Assembly (NCBI GenBank): GCA_050084515.1 | Contig: CM114271.1 | Span: forward strand, 8,308,001-8,372,000 | Length of the DNA: 64,000 bases | Source: Blasia pusilla | Lineage: Eukaryota | Direction of reading: 5' to 3' | Part shown: piece by piece, positions 1 to 8,590 of the stretch | Layout: each line of letters begins with the position of its first letter | How positions within the stretch are numbered: the stretch's first letter is position 1 | Made by a program: the position numbers and the translations under genes | The notes under the pieces: generated by a model | Seen by the model: the letters and a program-made list of their open reading frames with translations, nothing else | The model's database searches: none | Told to the model about the DNA's origin: nothing

Positions 1-260
1 TTGACCATTTGATAGAGGTAGGAGATTCCATACTTTACGGTCTCCAATCACTGGTTGGACTGTCGCACCTATTATGTCCTCGGTACCGTCCACCCTAACA
101 TCCTTGGATACAAAGATGGTTCCAATTTGTAGAAGAAATCGAAGAGAGAGAAAATTTTCATCCACTGCTAGAAAGACTCAAGAGCTTGCGGTCGAACGAT
201 TTTTGATTGAGGAAGGGCCGCCAGATGACTGCCACAAGTGAGCTTCACATAATTATCCAT
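1..260 (-). pseudogene. 5' end of MULE transposase (copy 1), runs off the window
   Basis: The minus strand translates VSKDVRVDGTEDIIGATVQPVIGDRKVWNLLPLSNGQ versus VSKDVRVDDMEDVVGETIQPVIADCKVWNLLPLKNGQ in copy 2. ATG at 260 (MDNYVKL) matches ATG at 41613 (MENYVKL). A frameshift/stop lies between. Confidence 0.7.
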
Positions 261-509
261 TCCGAAAAATTTTGTACGGGAGGAGAGTGAGAGTGAGAAT
301 GAGAATTTTTAATTTATAGTGAATAGGAAATCAGATACTCGTGACAAAATTTTACTGACAAGATGAAGTTCGGTAGGTGAAAATGTCTGACACAATGGAT
401 TCAATTCCGTTGCAACCGATTCAATTCCGTTGCAACCGATTCAATTTTGTTGCAATCTGTTACAGGATTTGGGAAGCAAAGACGTGGGTTGCGAAGCACA
501 CTTCATTTC

Positions 510-1196
510 GTTGGAACCCGTCGGAGTCCTGGTTACTCAACTATTAACCCAAGCTAAGCGAAGCCTACAACCCGTCGGCTTCGGACGGGTTGCATGCTTG
601 TGCCTACCTTGAAACGCAAACATGATCAAAGCTGGAAACCCGTCGCTCTCCAAGGAGTTGCTCGGATACCGCGCCTTCTTGCCCGAAGATGGCGGAGGCT
701 TGCAACCCGTCAGCATCAGACGGGTTGCCCAATTATCTCATGGTGTAACACTTACATGAAGGAAGCGTGCAAAGCTTCTATTCTCGACGAGTTCTGCGGG
801 TGCCGCACCTTCTTGCCCAAAGACGGCGAGGCGTGCAACCCGTCGCCCTCCGACGGGTTGCGCAAGGGCCTCCCCTTGTTTCGCTTACATGAAGGAAGCG
901 TGCAACATGTCGGCCTCCAACGAGTTGCGCGGAAAGCCCAGGTTGTTAACCCTTGACGAGGGAAGCGTGCAACCCAACGGTCTCTGACGGGTTGCGCGGT
1001 TACGTCCCGTTCTTGTCCGAAGACGGCGAAGGCGCGCAACCTGTAGATCTCCGACGGGTTGCGCGGGTACCTCCCGTTCTTGTCCGAAGAGGGCGGAGGT
1101 GCTCAACCTGTCGGTCTTCGACGGGTTGCTCGTGCACCTCGCGTTATCGTCCCAGGACGGCGGAGGCGCTCAACCTGTCGGACTCCGACGGGTTGC
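510..1196. repeat. Tandem array (~66-67 bp period, ~11 units), each carrying the palindrome GCAACCCGTCG-N5-CGACGGGTTGC
   Basis: Units at ~567, 636, 702, 835, 902, 969, 1036, 1101 and 1170. The inter-palindrome segments are related to each other (ttcttgtccgaagacggcg...). Confidence 0.9.
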
Positions 1197-1268
1197 CATT
1201 TTTCACGTCCAGACTTCCGTAACGGCCGGCACGTCGCCGGCGGAAGAACGATGCGACCCAACGGTCAG

Positions 1269-1293
1269 CCCAACGGCTAGAAAAGTATAAATA
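1269..1293 (+). promoter_or_regulatory. Putative core promoter (CCCAACGGCT + TATA box) of the ParB-like/MTase-like gene
   Basis: cccaacggctagaaaagTATAAATA. The same arrangement, cccaacggctctgaaacTATATAA, is conserved at 42351-42374 in copy 2. Confidence 0.55.
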
Positions 1294-2274
1294 GGGGAGA
1301 AATCCTTATTTCCGGTTTCTCATTTTGCGATCTCCATTGCTCTCCCGCGCAGAGCTGATCAGATACCAAGGGGCGCTTCACACGGCGAGTCATTGCGAGA
1401 CGATACGAGCAAACGAGAGCAAGACGATTCGACCAAACGATCGCGAGACGATTTGAGCTACCCGTCAAGGCGACTCATCTCGACATCAGCAAGGCGAGTG
1501 ATGAAGCGATTCATCGTGGACATAGGTGGAGGAATTTCTGGGAAAAATGACGAGGAAAAAAGCTCAAGCAAACAAGTCTGGGAGCTTCACTCCCAAGTCT
1601 ATTAGGACTCCTGCGTCACCATCTCCAGGGCCTCGTTCGGAAAATGAGATAAGGCAGCAAGAAATCGAGGAGCGGGAAAGGGAAGCGGAGATGCACAACC
1701 AGGAGCTTCTTGCGAAACGTGTACAAGAGGCGCTCGATAAACAAAACGCATAGGCTGAGATGTCGCAGGCCTTGAAGAAAAGGTTCGCCGACGAAAAGCG
1801 AGAAAAGAAGCGTCTGGACGCGTTGGTGAGAAGAGCAGAATTGGCAAAAGTGAGGAGGGAAAAAGCAATAGCCATTGACGACAGCCCTGCCCGTCCAACT
1901 GAAAGTGTTGAGATGCGGGAAATGTCCCCGATGAAGTTCGGGGACACAATCAATATAGCGGAAATGGCCGAAGTTCAAATCATGGACGATGAGGTCATGA
2001 GGACCGCCGGCGTGGAGATGGTGGACATTGCCGAAGAAGCAGGAGAGCGGTCATCCTCGTCTCCAAGCCCAGCGGAAGAAATTGACCTCTATCGGATCGA
2101 CGAGTTTCCAGTGGACTTTCCAACTGCTGTCTTAGAGCAGTTGGCTGGTCAATAAACCGACCCAATCTTCGAGCAGGTAAGAGAGGATCTGGGTTTTTTA
2201 AATTATGTGAAGGCCCATCTTGCAATTCATTGGCAATTAAGTGTAGCTTACTGATCTTGTCCCGGTTGTGACAG

Positions 2275-2747
2275 GTGGTAAAGCATATGGCACTGATGGA
2301 GGGCCACAACGCCCCGAGAATTCCACTCTCCCGATTGCGGACAATGGAGTACGTCCGCGAAATTCAGTTTGACGAGGATATTGCGAAGCTCAAACCATTG
2401 GCAGCGACAGCATCCTACGTCGACAGCTTCCCTCCATTCTATGTTCAGCCTTACGATGAGCATGGAACCCAAGCGCTGGTTACGGAGGAAGACTTGGAAA
2501 AGCTTGACACATTCTGGAGGATGAGAGATCAGGAATTCAGAAGGCAAGTAGAGGGGACGGAATTCAGCTGGATGAGGAATCTGCATTTCTTCATCTGGGA
2601 TGGAAATCACAGGTTCATGGCGTGGACAAAGTTTGCAGAGGAGCGCCCAAACTCCTTGGAGGCACATTTTTGCGTGAAGGAAGTGGTCCTTCATCCATAC
2701 CCTCATCACATGGCGACGGTGGAGATGGCCATGCATGCCATGAACAC
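2275..2747 (+). CDS. Exon 2: ParB/Srx-like N-terminal domain (DGNHR motif)
   Basis: RIPLSRLRTMEYVREI...FFIWDGNHRFMAW matches the ParB/Srx GxxRxxA signature. Flanked by acag| and |gtaag splice sites. Confidence 0.7.
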
Positions 2748-2759
2748 GTAAGTTTCTTC

Positions 2760-3560
2760 TTGCTGCAAACCGTCGGACTCCGACAAGTGGTTTGAGTCGC
2801 CACTGTTTTTGGGTTGTTTTTGGCCAAACGCAACTTGTCGGACTCTGTCGAGTTGCTCGATTGATGAATGGGTTAGGATGTTTTTGGCCGAAAGCAGCTC
2901 GTCGGAGTCCGACGAGTTGTTCGACTGACCACAAGTTTAGTATGTTTTTGGCCCAAAGCAACTCGTCGGAGTCCGACGAGTTGCTCGACAGGCCGCATTC
3001 TTTGGATGTATTTTGAAGAAAGCAACTCGTTGGAGTCCGACGAGTTGCTTGACTCGCCGTATTTTTTGGATGTATTTCGAAGAAAGCAACTTGTCGGAGT
3101 CCGACGAGTTGCTCGGCTCGCCGCATTTTTTGGATGTTTTGTGAAGAAAGCAACTCGTCGGACTCCAACTGACCATAGGTTTAGTATGTTTTTGGCCCAA
3201 AGCAACTCGTCGGAGTCCGACGGGTTGCTTGACTCGAAGCTATTTTTGGAGTTTTTTTGATGTTTTTGGCTGAAAGCAACTCGTCGGAGTCTGACAAGTT
3301 GCATTCGGAAGTTGGAAGCTACATTTTTCGCGTCAAATTGCAGCTTTCATTGCAATTGCACAACCTGTCGGACTCCGACGGGTTGCTATGTTCACTTTTG
3401 ATACGGACTATCTGACAACTCGTCGGAGTCCGACGGGTTGAAACCATGCAATCACAAATCTGAATGCAATCCGTCGGACTCTGACAGGTTGCATAATTTA
3501 GCTCGTTGCTAGAATCCGACCTTGAGCTATGACGAAGTGTCGGAGTCCGACGGGTTGCAG
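2760..3560. repeat. Intron 2 palindrome array (~13 units, ~64 bp period)
   Basis: Repeated aaaGCAACTCGTCGGAGTCCGACGAGTTGC at e.g. 2958, 3022, 3086 and 3202. Confidence 0.9.
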
Positions 3561-3849
3561 GAACCCATGTACCTTACAAAATTTCTTATATTGAGTTTGG
3601 ATGTGCAGGATTGTATCGGAGGGGAATGTCACCCACCACTGGATCCAAGATTGCGATCGGGTGAAGAAAGTGCTTACAACGCACCCGACAGAGTACAAGG
3701 GGTTCTTGGGCGACGCCTTGGTAAATCAGATGCTGGAAAAGGATGCACAAATAAAAAAGAAGACTTGGGCAAATAAGTTTATTTCCCAAGATGCAACCGT
3801 CACAATCCTTTGCTTGTCGAAGATATAGGCCGCGAAGAAGAGCGCTGCA

Positions 3850-5067
3850 TTGGAGGTGGAGCGGAGGGAGAAAGTATTTGTGTCTGAGCGTGCAAAATTC
3901 ATCGAAGCTACACTATCTGCAGCCACGAAGTACACGGCAAGCAAGATGCAGCGCTACATCGCCATTCTCAACCCCGAACTTGGTCCGGAGTTTTACAAGG
4001 AGTTGAAGGCGATTATCAAGCGCCAGCGAAAAAGGGATGAAGATCCGCAAGGTCGGATTGGGGAGAAAGTGTCTCTCAATCGCGTGCATCGATTTGCATT
4101 GTCAGGAATAAGCGAGTTTAGGAGAATCCGACTGATGAAAATCAGTCTCGAGGGCACAGAGGCCCAGAAGAGAGCGGCACACCATCCTCCGGGTGTGTCT
4201 GATCCAGTGATCTCCCATTGGCTCCGCGAATGGTCGTTTTGGGACGCGTTGCGGCTTATCGAGAAGTCCATGCTGGACGGTCTCCAAGCGGAGCTCAAAA
4301 GAATAGAGCCCATTTTGGATGAAGCATACCTGGAAAGTGCTGTAGATTTCGAACTTTGGCTTGATGACATCTGGGACAAGCCCATCAAAAACCCAAGTTT
4401 CAAGACGATGTTCAAGGATTGCGTCCTCCCTCAGGCAGACCTTGACGAAGAAATCGAGGGGAACAAAAGGGATCTCGCAAAGAAGAAGCGAGATCTTCAG
4501 GAGAATGCGGCCCATTTAGTTCGACTAAGAGCTGCCCAACGGATGGTCTTCAGGTACCTCGTCTATTGTAAGAATGCACGTACCTGGGGAAAAATACCGG
4601 CAGCCTACAAATTTTGGGCTTCTTCGCCTGATGGAGAGACATTCTCCATGTACGACACGGAGATGGCTCAGCACATGTCCGATTGGGAGGTGGAGAATTT
4701 CCCGATTTGGTTGGACTTCAACGACCATGAGGACATTACCGAGAAATATTTACGCGTGCTTCATGATGCAGTGGCCGCAGGACGGGACCACATCCCCAAT
4801 TTTGTGCAGCCTGGAGACTTTTTTGAAGGAGATGCGGAAGAGCAAGCCCTCGAGACAGCGGAGTTGGCTTCCAAGGTCCACACAGCCAAAGACAAATCCA
4901 AAATGGGTCTCAAAGGCAAGGCGAGGGGAGCGAAGAATTTTGAGGACGAGTCTTCCCAAAGAGAGGCTGAAGATTCAAGGCCAGAGCCGGAATCGTCCGG
5001 GCGAGCGGGGAGAGAGGGTCGGACCAGGTCCTCCACGAAAAAACCCCACCAGAGTCTGAGGTCATAG
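3850..5067 (+). CDS. Central part of exon 3 of the ParB-like/MTase-like gene (405 aa open stretch, helical/charged, function unknown)
   Basis: In frame with 3610-3828 across a single TAG. It is the longest ORF in the window and has protein-like composition. Confidence 0.6.
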   Translation: MEVERREKVFVSERAKFIEATLSAATKYTASKMQRYIAILNPELGPEFYKELKAIIKRQRKRDEDPQGRIGEKVSLNRVHRFALSGISEFRRIRLMKISLEGTEAQKRAAHHPPGVSDPVISHWLREWSFWDALRLIEKSMLDGLQAELKRIEPILDEAYLESAVDFELWLDDIWDKPIKNPSFKTMFKDCVLPQADLDEEIEGNKRDLAKKKRDLQENAAHLVRLRAAQRMVFRYLVYCKNARTWGKIPAAYKFWASSPDGETFSMYDTEMAQHMSDWEVENFPIWLDFNDHEDITEKYLRVLHDAVAAGRDHIPNFVQPGDFFEGDAEEQALETAELASKVHTAKDKSKMGLKGKARGAKNFEDESSQREAEDSRPEPESSGRAGREGRTRSSTKKPHQSLRS

Positions 5068-5689
5068 AGACCTTGACAAGCCGACCGCAGACTCGGGAGA
5101 AGCGGAAGCGAGAGGCGCCAGGGTTGTCCTAAGGAGAATACAGTCCATAATCCTTGGGAAGACATAGAAAAACAACGACCCGGACAAGCGTCCTCCTTCA
5201 GTTCACGAATTTACTGGATGAGCTGAAAAGTTTCAGTTCTCAAGCGTCGACACCCGCCATTGATAAATTGACAACGTTGGGACGGAAGCTTCAACGAAAC
5301 GGGCACGCTCCCTGGACGGTCAATGGAGTGGTCAAAGAGGTGGCGGTGGATCTATTGATCGCTGATTTGCCCTCGGGGTTGCGATTGGGGACGAAAATCC
5401 GTCGGACGGGGTACCAGACTAGAATGTTCCCCTTTCTTATGACCAGATCACGCTCCTATTTTTTCTTTGCATACGCTTATCTGAGTGACAGGGGCTACTT
5501 CTTAGTTTTGACTGGAGGGAGCAAGGACGAGCTTTTCAACCTCCAGTGCATCAAGAGGTCGCTAAAGTGGAGGACGGTGCAAGCGTGGATCATCAAGAAC
5601 GAGTACCCACTATGATCTGCGACGAGTCAGATCTGGGTAAGGCTCTATTCCTGTCTCTAGATTGTATATCTCCGACGTTGTTTTTGTCT

Positions 5690-6003
5690 GTGAGCAACCC
5701 GTCGGAAGGCGACAGGTTGTTGGCTTAGAGCAGCCCATGCTTGGTTGAGAGCAACCCGTTGTTTTCCGACGGGTTGCATCTTTCCCAGAAACATAGGGAA
5801 AACGCATTACCACATGCAACCCGTTGGAACCCGACGGGTTGCAGTTGCTTATGGTTTTTCCCTGTGTTTCCGAAAAGCTGCAACCCGTCGGAAAGCAACG
5901 GGTTGCTCTCAACCAAGCATGGGATGCTCTAAGCCAGCAACATGTCGCCTTCCGACGGGTTGGTCATGGACAAAAACAACCCGTCGGACTCCGACAAGTT
6001 GCT
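5690..6003. repeat. Intron 3 palindrome array (~6 units)
   Basis: Units at ~5694, 5750, 5816, 5880, 5937 and 5977, with variable 5-nt centres. Confidence 0.85.
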
Positions 6004-6112
6004 CCAATGTTAGTATTTAAAAGAAGTTCTCTAGGGTCAAGCAAAGTTTTTTGGTGACCTGTTGCACATTATGCCAAGTTTCTGACATTGTTTCCAATGT
6101 GCTTCTTTACAG

Positions 6113-6625
6113 ATGGACCACTCCTATGTTTACTGCTTCGTTTGGCCCGAGCACAACTTCCAGGTGTTCAAGATCCAAGATCCTGTGGATCCATGCTCAG
6201 ATGGGTACAGCTTAGATAGTTTATACAATTCTCCCCCGAGAATTTACATGCAAGACGGTACCCCACTACTTGGAGGAAGGGAAAAATCGCCATCCCTGAT
6301 GCAAACGCTCATCGAGCTCTGCTCAAGGCCGGGTGACTTGGTGTTCGACTTAGTGGGCCTTTCAGGGGCGAGTATCAAAGGCGCCAGGCAGAGTGGCAGG
6401 AACATTCTCTACCTCGAGGGAAGGCAGGAACTATTTGACCTTTGCAAGGAGGCAAAGGGAGATTACGACATGCTCGTTGGGGCGTACAACTCTCCACCGA
6501 AGTCGAGAGCTCCGATTCCCAACCCACCATTGGTAGTGACACCATCGTCACTTCCAACGATTCCGAAAATCGGGAGGGCAAGGCCGGAAGTAATTTTGCA
6601 AGAGCTCTCGGACGATGACCAGTGA
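6113..6625 (+). CDS. Exon 4: SAM-binding half of beta-class DNA amino-methyltransferase-like domain
   Basis: EKSPSLMQTLIELCSRPGDLVFDLVGLSGASIKGARQSGRNILYLE parallels the N6_N4_Mtase pattern QKPxxLxxxLIxxxSxxGDxVLDPFxGSGTTxxAAxxxGRxxxxxE. Confidence 0.7.
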   Translation: MDHSYVYCFVWPEHNFQVFKIQDPVDPCSDGYSLDSLYNSPPRIYMQDGTPLLGGREKSPSLMQTLIELCSRPGDLVFDLVGLSGASIKGARQSGRNILYLEGRQELFDLCKEAKGDYDMLVGAYNSPPKSRAPIPNPPLVVTPSSLPTIPKIGRARPEVILQELSDDDQ

Positions 6626-6699
6626 GTTCAAAGAACTCAAGGACCCAGCTTGACTGCATCGTTTGTAGTAGGGAGTTATTTAATGATGAGGCAAAAGAT

Positions 6700-7810
6700 T
6701 TCATAGAATAGATCAAATGTACAATTCCGAGCTTCTTTTGCATGTAATAAAGGAGAAGATTTTCTCGAACGATGGTGGTGTTTCTAAAAGTTTTCTGAAT
6801 ATCTTTTAAGTCTTTTCGAATGTGATCGTCTATGTACTCCGCGGACTTCTATTTTGCAACCCGTCGGATTTGCACGGCTTGCAACTTTTCACTTTTTGAC
6901 CATTGCACCTTTTTAACCACTTCCAAGCAACCTGTCGGATTCCGACAGGTTGCCTGATCGGACTCTTTCCTTGTTGGTCCAACTTAAGAGGCAGTCTGGC
7001 GGGCTTCTTCACTTTGGCACCTTCCCCTAGTATCGTAAAAGAAGGCGTAGGCTTCTTTTCTTCTCTCAGATGTGTTGGATTCCTACTACCTGTGGGATTG
7101 CCATCATGGTATTACCAAGGACGGAGCACATATTGATACTGGATGGGTGTCACATTGCAGAGCGTACAAGATATACTGCCGAGGAAGGCGATGGGACTCA
7201 AATCAGGTTACATGGGACCGTTATGGTGTACCTAGGGGGGGGCCAAGGCTCTCGAATTTTCCAACATTTTCGATCCCCGTCTACAATCGGCCAGAGGAGC
7301 TACTTGTATCCCCGGACATTCCTTTTGTATAACAACCTAGGAGAGTTAGGAGTAAATTTGTAGATGACGAGGCTGAAGAAATCATAGACTAGGTCAAATG
7401 TACATTTCCGAGGTTCCTTCGGAGGTAATAAAGGACGAGATTTTTTCAACCGATAATGGTGTTGGAAAAAGTTTGCTGGAAATTGTTTTTGGACTTGTGG
7501 ATTGTGTTCTTTTAGGTACTCAATCCACAAGTCCAATTAGCTAATTTTGCAACCCGTATGATTCCGACGGGTTGCAACTTTAAGCTTTTTGCCCACTGCA
7601 ACTTTTTAACCATTTCCAGGCAAGTTGTCGGATTCCGACAAGTTGGCTGCTTGAGTGATCGGACTCTTTCCCTGTGAAACCAACTTCTAACGCATTGTGG
7701 CGGGCTTCTTAACTTTTGGCTCGATCCCCTACATTCGTCAAACCAATTGTAGGCTTCTTTTCTTGTCTAAGATGTGCAGGATTCCTACTACCTGTCGGAT
7801 TGCCATTTCG
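6700..7810. repeat. Diverged direct duplication (~6700-7105 vs ~7380-7810), each with two palindromes; further palindromes to ~8016
   Basis: The blocks gatcaaatgtaca.., tgatcggactctttcc, ggcgggcttctt and gattcctactacctgt are shared in the same order. Confidence 0.8.
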
Positions 7811-8590
7811 GATTCCCAACCCGCTGGATTTTCGTGGGTGCGGGGTGGAAGGGAATCACAGTGAGAAATCTTTCCTTTCTTATGGTGAGCTTGCTTGCAA
7901 GGGGTGCAAGCCATCTGATTCCAATGGGTTGCAAGAGTTGCAACCTGTAAAATTTCGATGGGTTGCAAGAGTTGGAGGCCCCCAAGAGTTGCAACCTGTA
8001 AAATTCCGACGGGTTGGGAGGATCTTAATGAAGTGACATCACTTCCTCTTTACTCCAGAAAACTAACAATCTTTTGGTTCAATTATCGTCTCATGTGTTC
8101 ACATTTCACAAAGTTGGTCTTGAGCAGACACCACTCATAACCAACAGAAAGTTGGTTATGAGGCAATTCAGGGAAGGCCATGATGCAGGCAACAATCCCT
8201 GCAAAAAGAGAGGTTGGCATCGTATTGATGCGCATCCGGGTGGTCTTCCAACAAAAATATCCATGGGCACTGCTTATTGTAGACCAAGACAGGCAATGTT
8301 AAGAATTTTAGGCTCACATGGAGAGTGATGGAAAATTGTTTGGAGTGGTCTTATGATGTCTATTTTTTTTTCGCGCCCTGGAAAAAGGAGGTTTCTTTAG
8401 GGCCAAATGTGGACCACTACCTACTCTCTTCTAAAGATTTCATGAATTTGAAAGCAAACAAAAATTTCAAATATGTCACAAAGTTTTGAAGAGAAGAGGC
8501 AGATTTGGCCCTTTTTTTTGAAGAGAGACTCTCCTCTCTTCCTCTCTTCCTCTCCTCTCTTACTCTCTCCAGTCAAAATACCAGCCCCCG

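Larger units (their letters stand above)
1547..6625 (+). pseudogene. 4-exon gene: charged N-terminus + ParB/Sulfiredoxin-like domain + helical region + beta-class N4C/N6A DNA methyltransferase-like domain (disrupted)
   Basis: Exons 1547-2176, 2275-2747, 3609-5636 and 6113-6625 have GT-AG boundaries that join in frame (phases 0, 2, 0). Motifs: IWDGNHRFMAW (ParB/Srx), VDLLIADLPSG (motif IV, DPPY-like) and EKSPSLMQTLIELCSRPGDLVFDLVGLSGAS...GRNILYLE (motifs X/I/II). Premature stops at 1751, 2153, 3826 and 5613, plus frameshift(s) near 5040-5160. Confidence 0.75.
1..8570. mobile_element. Mutator-like DNA transposon copy 1 (right ~8.6 kb): transposase 5' end, divergent promoter, ParB-like/MTase-like gene, palindrome arrays, CT-rich end
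   Basis: 1-110 is homologous to the transposase N-terminus at 30681-30790. 240-390 and 1255-1300 match 41590-41750 and 42345-42380. The same 27-bp palindrome occurs throughout. The element ends in a CT-rich tract (8528-8570) resembling the reverse complement of the GA-rich end at ~25982-26020. Confidence 0.7.

Noticed and set aside
2248-3304. Long minus-strand ORFs (e.g. 306 aa at 2248-3168)
   Set aside because: They are translations of the palindrome array and the antisense of exon 2, giving repetitive peptides (VGLRRVA, TRRTPTSC).
510-3560. CRISPR array (palindromic ~27-bp repeats with ~37-40-bp spacers)
   Set aside because: The spacers are homologous to each other, the repeats are degenerate and intronic, there are no cas genes, and the context is eukaryotic.
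1547-6625. Bacterial contamination explaining the ParB/MTase motifs
   Set aside because: The gene has in-frame GT-AG introns, a second diverged copy interleaved with plant LTR elements, and is linked to a MULE transposase.
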